Shown here: piece by piece, positions 47,316 to 54,099 of the stretch
How positions within the stretch are numbered: the stretch's first letter is position 1
How the letters are laid out: the number at the start of each line of letters is the position of its first letter
Assembly: GCA_016866675.1 (NCBI GenBank)
Contig: VGLO01000001.1
Span: 1-54,099 of the forward strand
From: Candidatus Staskawiczbacteria bacterium
GTDB lineage: Bacteria > Patescibacteriota > Minisyncoccia > Minisyncoccales > Staskawiczbacteraceae
Direction: 5' to 3'
Length of the DNA stretch: 54,099 nt
Position numbers and translations under genes: made by a program
Notes under the pieces: generated by a model
The model's database searches: none
What the model was told of the DNA's origin: nothing
Seen by the model: only the letters and a program-made list of their open reading frames with translations

Positions 47316-48328
47316 TTTACTGTATTGATTGGTTTATTTTTACTAAACGATTGAATATTTTCTACCGTAGTTTCTAAAATTCTTTCTAATGCCTCCTTTG
47401 AATTAAAAGCGTTATGCGGAGTAACAATAACATTTTCTCTTTCCATTAAAACGTGGTTTTGTAGCATCGTTTTTACATCACACTTTTGAGGAAAACCTTT
47501 TGTTAATAATTCTCTCTCGTCTTTTATATAGCACTCCTCTTCTAAAACATCTAATCCAGCTCCTGCTAAGGTTCCATCTTCTAAAGCACCAACTAAGGCA
47601 GAAGTTTCAACAAGACCCCCTCTGGCAGTGTTTACCAAATATGAACCTTTTTTAATTAAGACAATATTACTTGAATTTATTAAGTGATGAGTATTTTTAT
47701 TGTAAGGTAAGTGCAGCGTTATAATATCTGAATTTTTAAGTAGATCTTCAAGAGAAACATATTCAAATCCTAGGTTTTTTGCCAATTTTTTGTCTTTTTT
47801 TGCGTCAAAAGCCACAACATTCATTTCAAAGCCTCTTGCAATTCTAGCCACATGGCTTCCAATATGGCCTGTGCCTACAATTCCTAATGTTTTACCTTTT
47901 AAGTCAAAACCCCTTAAACCATCTGGAATAAAGCCGTTTTCTTTGACGCTTTGTATTGATTTGTGAATTTTTCTTGAAAGGTTAAGAATAAGTCCAAAAG
48001 TATGCTCTGCAACCGTATTTTCTCCATAAGTAGGTACGTTAAAAACTAAAATACCATTTTTTTTTGCTTCTTCAATATCAATATTATCAAACCCTGTTGC
48101 TCTTACTGATATCATTTTTAAGCTTGGTAGGTCTCTTAAAACTTCTTTGCTTAACTGAGAGGATGTAAAAATAGAAATAACCTGACAATCTTCAACAAGA
48201 GGCAATATCTCTCTTTCTAAATTTCCCTCAAAAAATTTTAGCTCAAAACCCGTAAAATGACTTCTCATATATTCTTTTTCCCAGTCTTCAATTTCAAAGA
48301 AAGCAATTTTTAATTTATTACTATCCAT
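47312..48328 (-). CDS. D-isomer-specific 2-hydroxyacid dehydrogenase
   Basis: GIVGTGHIGSHVA Rossmann motif and the catalytic R/E/H pattern (NTARGGLV...TPHNA). Confidence 0.85.
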   Translation of the reverse strand: MDSNKLKIAFFEIEDWEKEYMRSHFTGFELKFFEGNLEREILPLVEDCQVISIFTSSQLSKEVLRDLPSLKMISVRATGFDNIDIEEAKKNGILVFNVPTYGENTVAEHTFGLILNLSRKIHKSIQSVKENGFIPDGLRGFDLKGKTLGIVGTGHIGSHVARIARGFEMNVVAFDAKKDKKLAKNLGFEYVSLEDLLKNSDIITLHLPYNKNTHHLINSSNIVLIKKGSYLVNTARGGLVETSALVGALEDGTLAGAGLDVLEEECYIKDERELLTKGFPQKCDVKTMLQNHVLMERENVIVTPHNAFNSKEALERILETTVENIQSFSKNKPINTVK

Positions 48329-48343
48329 ATTTATCGAAAAAAA

Positions 48344-49234
48344 CTATTTAAATGTTTTAATGTAATCCTTAAGATCTTTTCCAAAAACTGGGTCTTTCAA
48401 AGACATATACATAAATGACTTTAGCCACTTTAATTTATCTCCGCATTCTAACCACTCACCCTTTACTTCATAACCGTATACCATCTTTCCATCATTTAAC
48501 ATTTCTTCAAACACTTCTCCTAAAATTATTTCTCCCTTGATTGATGGCTTAGATTTTTTTAAATAGTCAAAAACCTCTGGAGTCAAAACATATTTTCCTA
48601 CTATAACGAAATCTGATTTTATTTGATCTGGCTGTGGCTTTTCTATAATTTTCTTGATTTTATAAAGATTATTTGCAATCTTTTCCACAACAACAGATCC
48701 GTATGCTGGTATTTTTTCTCTCGGAAGCTGTTTTAGGGCAATTACAGGAGCATCACAAGTTTGAAAAATATTTATTAATTGGGCTAAAGCCGGAACACTA
48801 GAGTCAATAATATCGTCCCCAAATGAAACTGCTACAGATTCAGAATGTCCCAATCCCCCCATTTTATATGCTTGCAAAAGGGCGTGTCCGTCTCCTAGTG
48901 GATCTTTTTGAACAGCAAAGGAAAACTTAATTCCCTCGAACGTTGAATCAAAATCTTTTAACTCTTTTAAAATCTTATCCTTTTTTCTCTTTATTAAAAT
49001 TTTTTCTAACTCAGGTGAACCCTTAAAATAATTTAATATCATTTTTTGCTTTGGGCTTATAACAAATACAATCTCTTCAATTCCAGAATTCTTAGCTTCC
49101 TCAACAATATATTGAATAACTGGCTTATCAACCAAAGGCAAAAACTCTTTTGAAATAGCCAAAGACAAAGGTAAAAACCTGGTTCCAAGTCCAGCCACCG
49201 GAATAATCACTTTTTTAATGTTTTGTACATCCAT
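48344..49234 (-). CDS. galU: UTP--glucose-1-phosphate uridylyltransferase
   Basis: IPVAGLGTRFLP and the KEFLP motif. The start is taken at the ATG (MDVQ). Confidence 0.9.
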   Translation of the reverse strand: MDVQNIKKVIIPVAGLGTRFLPLSLAISKEFLPLVDKPVIQYIVEEAKNSGIEEIVFVISPKQKMILNYFKGSPELEKILIKRKKDKILKELKDFDSTFEGIKFSFAVQKDPLGDGHALLQAYKMGGLGHSESVAVSFGDDIIDSSVPALAQLINIFQTCDAPVIALKQLPREKIPAYGSVVVEKIANNLYKIKKIIEKPQPDQIKSDFVIVGKYVLTPEVFDYLKKSKPSIKGEIILGEVFEEMLNDGKMVYGYEVKGEWLECGDKLKWLKSFMYMSLKDPVFGKDLKDYIKTFK

Positions 49235-49275
49235 GGACAATTTTAGTCTATAAATTTAATTAATCCTAAATTATA

Positions 49276-50709
49276 CTACTTAATTTTTTTAAATCTTAAA
49301 AAAGCTGGTATCTCCCATTCTTCTTCCTGCTTTGACTTAGTTTCACTCTCAAGCTCTTCTGCTTTTTGAATCTCCAAAGCACTTCTTCGTAAATTCTTCT
49401 TTAAGCTTAGTGTTTTTTCAGAAATACTTATCTTTTTTGCTTGAAACTCCTCTGTTTTTAAGTTGGCAAATTCCGGCATAAAGTCAACAGATATTGGTAA
49501 TTTTTCCATATTCTGCTTTTCCTTTTTTGCTTTTTTGAAAGATTTTTGGACTTTCAACTTTAAAGGTTTTGCTTTTCTTACTTTTTCTTTTGAAACTACT
49601 GTCTTTTTAGCTATTTTTTCAGGTTGCCCAGAAAAAGGCATGGGCCCCGTCATAAGTAATGTAGTTTTTATTTTATTTTTAAACTTTGCATTCTTTGATA
49701 TTCCAAAAATAATTTTTGCTTTTGAGTTTTTTTCAGAAATTGCCTTACTAATTTTATCAACCTCAAACATGCTAAGATTTTTACCTCCCTCAATATTAAA
49801 CAAAACTTTTTCTGGCAAGAAATGATCTTGATAAAGCTGGTTATGTAAAACACTGGCGATTACCTTTTCTGCCTTATCTGACCCGGAGGCCTCTGCTGTA
49901 TTTAAAAAGGCCAAATTCCCTCTACCTTGCAATATTGCTCTTAAATCTGCGAAGTCAATGTTTATTAATCCAGGACTCTGTATTAAATCAATTAAGCTCT
50001 CCAATGACTCAATTAAATTCTTATTAACCATTGAAAAGGCTTGGACTATTGGAGTGTTTTCATCTATTACTTTAAAAATTCTCTCATTAGGTATTGTAAT
50101 TGAAACATTAAGCAATCTCCTTAATTCTCTTTGAGCTTTTAAGGCTATTTTATGCTTTCCTGACCCTTCAAACTTAAACGGCAAAGTAAAAATTCCAAAA
50201 GTAATTCCACTAAAGTCTTTGGCTGAATCTAAAAATACTTTTGTTGCGCCAGAACCAAGCCCACCCCCCAAACAAGTAATAAAAATCATAATATCTTGAT
50301 CTTTGAATAAATGGGATATTTTTTCTTTTTCTCTTTGAGCAGCTTCCTCGGCCAGCTCAACATTAAGTCCAGTGCCCAACCCATGTGTTAACTCTTGACC
50401 AAAAATAAAATGCTTGATTCCCTTTTTCTTTTTAAAAGATCTGATATCTGTATCGGCTATCACGAAAGTGGCTTTTTCCAAAGACCTACCTATTTCAGAA
50501 ACAATTGACCCACCCCCTCCACCAATTCCAATAACCTTTATCTTTGGCTTGAAAGTTTCTGCCAAAGTTGGAGAATATTCTTTATTTAATTTATTTTCTT
50601 TTTTTGAATTTTTATTGGACAACTTATTTTTTTTTACAAGTAAAATACTCTTCTCAGGCCCTACTGTTTTTTTTACTTTTGGCATATTAGAGATTTTCTT
50701 TTTTTTCAT
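49276..50709 (-). CDS. ftsZ: cell division GTPase FtsZ with long basic N- and C-terminal extensions
   Basis: GIGGGGGS, GLGTGLN, CLGGGLGSGA (tubulin signature variant). Confidence 0.9.
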   Translation of the reverse strand: MKKKKISNMPKVKKTVGPEKSILLVKKNKLSNKNSKKENKLNKEYSPTLAETFKPKIKVIGIGGGGGSIVSEIGRSLEKATFVIADTDIRSFKKKKGIKHFIFGQELTHGLGTGLNVELAEEAAQREKEKISHLFKDQDIMIFITCLGGGLGSGATKVFLDSAKDFSGITFGIFTLPFKFEGSGKHKIALKAQRELRRLLNVSITIPNERIFKVIDENTPIVQAFSMVNKNLIESLESLIDLIQSPGLINIDFADLRAILQGRGNLAFLNTAEASGSDKAEKVIASVLHNQLYQDHFLPEKVLFNIEGGKNLSMFEVDKISKAISEKNSKAKIIFGISKNAKFKNKIKTTLLMTGPMPFSGQPEKIAKKTVVSKEKVRKAKPLKLKVQKSFKKAKKEKQNMEKLPISVDFMPEFANLKTEEFQAKKISISEKTLSLKKNLRRSALEIQKAEELESETKSKQEEEWEIPAFLRFKKIK

Positions 50710-50727
50710 TAAGCTATTCTACCTTAG

Positions 50728-50949
50728 CTATTTTTTAATTTCAATAATCTTTGTTTTGCTCCAATCCCCTGAAATAATTTCTATAAAATATGATTTTGTA
50801 CCAAAGTAATCTGCCAAAATTTTTATTATTGCTGAATTTGCTTTACCATCAACAGGTCGTTCCTTTACATAAACTACATAATTACTCTCATCTATTTTTT
50901 CTACCCTGTTTTCTTTTGAATTGGTTTTTGCCTTAACTATAATTTTCAT
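50728..50949 (-). CDS. DUF167/YggU-family small protein
   Basis: MKIIVKAKTNSKENRV...VKERPVDGKAN pattern. The start is taken at the second Met. Confidence 0.6.
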   Translation of the reverse strand: MKIIVKAKTNSKENRVEKIDESNYVVYVKERPVDGKANSAIIKILADYFGTKSYFIEIISGDWSKTKIIEIKK

Positions 50950-51022
50950 ATTGCATTTTAACAATACATTATTAGTGTTTTTATGTAAAACAAAACCGCC
51001 AATTTCATAGCGGTTTCGTAAT

Positions 51023-51361
51023 TTATCTGCAATCCGATGGACAATCTAGGGCACTCTCAATGCAGATGCAATTTAAACTACCATCTTCACACATGCTATT
51101 TTTATCTTGGCAAATACCATCTCCACACTTATCTGAACAAATAATCAACCCCTCTTTAACTTCATTACTAGTTTTTAATTCAATCCCATCAATCCCGACA
51201 TTAGAATCATTTGAGTTGTTTGTTTGATTTTGAGTATTTTTGCTTTCAATAAAATCTAGATTTGTCTCGTTATTCTGAAAGATATAGCTGTATGCCAACA
51301 ACGCACCAATAACCGCTAAAACAATACCAACTATAGATATTAATAAAAATTTTTTATTCAT
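51023..51361 (-). CDS. secreted cysteine-rich small protein (112 aa)
   Basis: Signal/TM helix, N/Q-rich linker, C-terminal CSDKCGDGICQ...CEDGSLNCICIE..DCPSDC. Terminator AAACCGCTATGAAATTGGCGGTTT plus T-run downstream. Confidence 0.6.
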   Translation of the reverse strand: MNKKFLLISIVGIVLAVIGALLAYSYIFQNNETNLDFIESKNTQNQTNNSNDSNVGIDGIELKTSNEVKEGLIICSDKCGDGICQDKNSMCEDGSLNCICIESALDCPSDCR

Positions 51362-51363
51362 AG

Positions 51364-51399
51364 TGGACGAGGAAGGAATCGGACCTTCGACCTCTGTCT
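51364..51399 (-). other. tRNA 3' half (anticodon-stem 3' strand through acceptor; no CCA)
   Basis: Reverse complement AGACAGAGGTCGAAGGTCCGATTCCTTCCTCGTCCA is nearly identical to the 3' half of the neighbouring tRNA-Ile. Confidence 0.6.
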
Positions 51400-51448
51400 T
51401 AGGAGTCTTTGTCTATATATTTCTATATTAACAAATCCTCCATTAATT

Positions 51449-51523
51449 TGGTGGGCCCAGAAGGAATCGGACCTTCTACCTCTGTCTTATCAGGACAGCG
51501 TTCTACCAATGAACTATGGGCCC
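51449..51523 (-). tRNA. tRNA-Ile(GAU), CCA encoded
   Basis: Reverse complement GGGCCCATAGTTCATTGGTAGAACGCTGTCCTGATAAGACAGAGGTAGAAGGTCCGATTCCTTCTGGGCCCACCA. Anticodon loop CTGATAA. The T-loop TCCGATT is atypical. Confidence 0.85.
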
Positions 51524-51533
51524 ACCAAATTAA

Positions 51534-51570
51534 TTTGCAGGACAGCGTTCTACCACTAAACTACGCGCCC
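51534..51570 (-). other. tRNA 5' half (acceptor, D-arm, anticodon stem 5' strand and loop CTGCAAA)
   Basis: Reverse complement GGGCGCGTAGTTTAGTGGTAGAACGCTGTCCTGCAAA. The D-arm and anticodon stem are identical to tRNA-Ile. Confidence 0.6.
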
Positions 51571-51609
51571 AGAACAATTAGAATAATACCAATAAAAATA
51601 AGTTTAGTC

Positions 51610-51879
51610 AAAAAAAAAATAAGGCCGTGACACAAGTGTGGCACGGCCTCTATGAAATGAGTCCGAAGACCCTTGGGCGAGAAAAATAAAGAACAATGGA
51701 GGCAGTGAGTGTGGCGTGCGAGCATATTGCTCGCTCAGGTGGTTTCCGGAACTCCGGAGTAGCATGGGGGATAGACCCCCGAACCGGAAGGTTTTTCCGC
51801 ACCCTCAGCCTTTTTCACTACTGCCTCCAGAAAGATATTTACCAGAAGATAAACATTTTTCTAAAGGCATTGCCTCTGT
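51610..51879 (-). ncRNA. unassigned structured RNA (about 270 nt)
   Basis: Own promoter. GC-rich core 51698-51828 is closed by GGAGGCAGT/ACTGCCTCC and contains hairpins CGGAA-AAACC-TTCCG, GGGGG-TCTAT-CCCCC and GCGAGCA-ATA-TGCTCGC. Strong terminator AGGCCGTG...CACGGCCT plus T10. Confidence 0.55.
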
Positions 51880-51885
51880 GCCTCT

Positions 51886-51913
51886 ATATTATCAAAATAA
51901 TAATGACTGTCAA
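51886..51913 (-). promoter_or_regulatory. promoter TTGACA-16-TAATAT (TG-extended)
   Basis: Minus-sense TTGACA (51913-51908, overlapping the stop of the upstream gene) and TGATAATAT (-10 at 51891-51886). Confidence 0.5.
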
Positions 51914-52221
51914 GAGTTTTTGTCTTTTTTGGGAATTCCCCACTGCCACCTTGGTTTTTCTCCTTTTTTATAGCAAATTCTAATTAGAATAATTGAAAGG
52001 AAAAGTATTGGTAAAAAAAATGTAAAAATAATTTCTTTATCAGATGAGCTTGCATCAATTGTAAAACCAAAAAATAATAAAGCACCAATATAAATGGCAA
52101 CTACAAGCCAACCCTGCCAAGTGACTGGAACCCAACCCCATCCATATATTTTTCTCTTAAACCAATACTTTTTTGGATTGTCTTTAAAATAATCTTTGTA
52201 TTTTTTAAAAATTTTTCCCAT
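51910..52221 (-). CDS. small membrane protein (103 aa)
   Basis: Basic N-terminus, two TM helices, basic C-terminus. Confidence 0.55.
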   Translation of the reverse strand: MGKIFKKYKDYFKDNPKKYWFKRKIYGWGWVPVTWQGWLVVAIYIGALLFFGFTIDASSSDKEIIFTFFLPILFLSIILIRICYKKGEKPRWQWGIPKKDKNS

Positions 52222-52226
52222 AGTTT

Positions 52227-52481
52227 TTAAACACCATTAATTAAACTTAATTTTTTATCTCTTGTCCATTTTTTGACTTCAGCTTCTCTTTTTAATGCTT
52301 TTGTTAAAGTTTTAAATTCTTCGTAGTATTTTAGTTTTACAGGTCTGCGTATTTTTGTATAATGTGCCCCCGATTTTGCATTGTTATGTTTATATATTCT
52401 CTTTTCTAGGTCATTTGTATAGCCAACATACAAAGAATCATCAGAGCATTGTAAAATATAAACAAAATATTTTAAACTCAT
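52227..52481 (-). CDS. GIY-YIG nuclease-domain protein (UPF0213/YhbQ-like)
   Basis: YFVYILQCSDDSLYVGYTNDLEKRIYKHN... Confidence 0.85.
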   Translation of the reverse strand: MSLKYFVYILQCSDDSLYVGYTNDLEKRIYKHNNAKSGAHYTKIRRPVKLKYYEEFKTLTKALKREAEVKKWTRDKKLSLINGV

Positions 52482-52619
52482 TTTCTAAAATGCTATGTGC
52501 TTTTTTCATAATGTTCCCATATTACTTGGTTTGTACTAGGTTGTCGATCTAGTGTCTTATGATATCCAGTTCATGGCTTTATATTATGTCATATTTTGAC
52601 GCGATCGAAAAGGTTAATT

Positions 52620-53405
52620 TCAACCACCTTGCTTTGCACTATGCTCAAAAATAATCACCGAGTTTATGGTACCATTCAAAATTCTTGCCTCAAGAATAGG
52701 ATTAAAAATATCATATGCTCGCCTCGGCAAGGGAGGGTAAAGAATTTTTCTCTTGCCGAAAGTACTCCTAACTAAAATGTGCGTTTTAGACTGTAAGTGC
52801 TTGCGCATATGTAAAAGAATATTTTCTTTCATATTTTTTTCAATTCCAACCAAGGAGGCAAGAAAAATAACATTAAATTGGCGATAGTTTTGAAAACCCA
52901 ATGCGTCCGATTGGATAATAATAATCTTTTTACTAAGTCCTAACTTTTTTACCAATCTCCTTGAAATATCACAGGCAAAAGCATCTGCATCTATGACAGT
53001 TACCTTTTGACCATGATTTTGCGCAATCAGAATCGCGGTAATTGGTAGCGGCCCCCCGCCAATAAAAAGAATGTTATGTTTTTTATGACTGGAACATATT
53101 AAAAGAGACATCCATTCCATTTTAGTAAGTTTTCTGTATCGATCCATGTCAGAGAAACTCTCGAATGCTTTTCTTGGATTTTTACTTTTTATAATCGTAT
53201 TCGCCCAATATTTTTCAAATTCATAAACCGATTGGCTGATAACTTTATGTAAATTTACTATTTCATTATTAGTTAAAACATTCTTTCCCTTTTTATCTAG
53301 CACAAAAGCAAAGAGGCTTTCCAAAAGCCTGTTAGTTTTTTGATAATCTGAATAATCCTTCATTCCTATTAGTTCTTGATATAGCTTTTTGACGTTATGG
53401 TTCAT
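52620..53405 (-). CDS. nicotianamine synthase-like (NAS/CntL-type) SAM-dependent aminobutyryltransferase
   Basis: ILFIGGGPLPITAILIA...VTVIDAD..A...S..L...LGL...I.I..SDA......FNVIFLASLVG...K..IL.HM.KHL....ILVRS..G.R..LYPP matches the NAS family core as I recall it. The start is set at MNHNV (53405), downstream of a terminator. Confidence 0.6.
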   Translation of the reverse strand: MNHNVKKLYQELIGMKDYSDYQKTNRLLESLFAFVLDKKGKNVLTNNEIVNLHKVISQSVYEFEKYWANTIIKSKNPRKAFESFSDMDRYRKLTKMEWMSLLICSSHKKHNILFIGGGPLPITAILIAQNHGQKVTVIDADAFACDISRRLVKKLGLSKKIIIIQSDALGFQNYRQFNVIFLASLVGIEKNMKENILLHMRKHLQSKTHILVRSTFGKRKILYPPLPRRAYDIFNPILEARILNGTINSVIIFEHSAKQGG

Positions 53406-53410
53406 ATTTA

Positions 53411-53450
53411 TAAAAAATATCGGATGCACACCACATAGGGTGAGCATCCG
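53411..53450 (-). terminator. intrinsic terminator after the GC-rich gene
   Basis: Minus-sense CGGATGC-TCACCCTATGTGGTGT-GCATCCG followed by ATATTTTTTAT. Confidence 0.6.
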
Positions 53451-53457
53451 ATTTGTA

Positions 53458-54099
53458 TCAGGCCAGTTGTGCGCAATCCTTTTTCCATTCCCCGTGCACC
53501 GGAGTGCCTTGGGAAAGCGAAAGGCAGTGCTGCATGGCTTTGATGATCAGATCTCGATCTTCACCGTTTTCCAGCCCGAACTTGGCGGCGCAGAGAAATT
53601 CCTGGCATTGCCAATAGGCCTTTTCGGCATCGGAGTTAAGGCTGGCGAGCTGCAAAGCTCCGCTGGCCAGCATTTCGCCGACACGGAGAGCTTTTGCTCT
53701 CAAAAGAACGTCGGAGCTGAAGCAGTTTCCGTAGTGCGTTGCCCACCAGGCCAATGAAACCGCCAATTCCCGCTGATTGACAGGCACGTCAGCAGCAACA
53801 AGTTGGCGTTCATGAGCTTTCAGGTGTGCAGCGCATTTGATCCAGTACTTCATGCACTGTTCGATCGCTCGCGGGAACCATTCTTCCTTGATCCGAGGAC
53901 GTCGTGAGATCTCCTTGAGGATTTGGAGAATCTCAGGATGGGTGATGAGACGCACCAAACCATCCGAGCTAGGAAGCAGAATTGCTTTGTCGGGCACTTC
54001 CTGCATGAGCCGTTGGATCTCGGCGATCGTCTCTTCGTCACTGGCTCCTTCCTTGCGGATGAGCTGGTAACTCTGAGCATCGTCGGCCGTTTCGGTATC
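53458..54099 (-). CDS. GC-rich all-helical protein of unknown function, partial (open to window end)
   Basis: The frame stays open from 54099 (DTETADDAQSYQLIRKEGASDEETIAEIQRLMQEVPDK...) to the TGA at 53460-53458. About 55% GC, against about 33% for the rest of the window. Confidence 0.6.
   Translation of the reverse strand, partial: DTETADDAQSYQLIRKEGASDEETIAEIQRLMQEVPDKAILLPSSDGLVRLITHPEILQILKEISRRPRIKEEWFPRAIEQCMKYWIKCAAHLKAHERQLVAADVPVNQRELAVSLAWWATHYGNCFSSDVLLRAKALRVGEMLASGALQLASLNSDAEKAYWQCQEFLCAAKFGLENGEDRDLIIKAMQHCLSLSQGTPVHGEWKKDCAQLA

Noticed and set aside
51409-51983. Track ORFs 51409-51630, 51696-51983 and 51716-51973
   Set aside because: They overlap the tRNA locus and the structured RNA core on the opposite strand, and have no RBS.
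53389-54080. Track ORFs 53389-53757 (+), 53837-54070 (+) and 53850-54080 (-)
   Set aside because: These are alternative frames or antisense to the long open frame that runs to the window end, as expected in GC-rich DNA.

Overview
AT-rich bacterial chromosome segment (about one third GC by eye) that looks like a Candidate Phyla Radiation/Patescibacteria genome. Almost all conserved genes lie on the minus strand. They cover the cell envelope (sortase, CAP-domain protein, ftsQ, FemAB-like, DegT-like, a membrane-fused MurF-like ligase, PBP2, mreCD, ftsZ, galU), translation (serS, lysS, greA, ychF, trhO-like, tsf, rpsB, rpmE, rplY, a shortened RF1) and a glycolysis/redox block (fba, pfkB-like, ppsA, gap, gpmA, eno, trxB). 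The rRNA genes are unlinked. 16S has its own promoter, a roughly 700 nt structured trailer and a terminator. 23S-5S lies about 8.5 kb downstream with its own promoter. Four observations stand out. (1) About 14 small orphan genes each have their own promoter, a strong GGAGG ribosome-binding site and an intrinsic terminator, and they sit at operon boundaries. Roughly 30 core gene starts inspected have no Shine-Dalgarno, and the 16S gene has no CCUCC tail at the expected position. Five of these cassettes share the same promoter geometry and a conserved transcript start, AGCAC. (2) A complete tRNA-Ile(GAU) is nested between the 5' and 3' halves of a second tRNA-like gene. (3) At least six GC-rich, ORF-free structured-RNA candidates are framed by promoters and/or terminators, and I could not assign any of them to a known family by eye. 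(4) Composition switches sharply to about 55% GC over the last 650 bp, next to a nicotianamine-synthase-like gene. Family assignments rest on motifs recognised by eye; no database search was possible.
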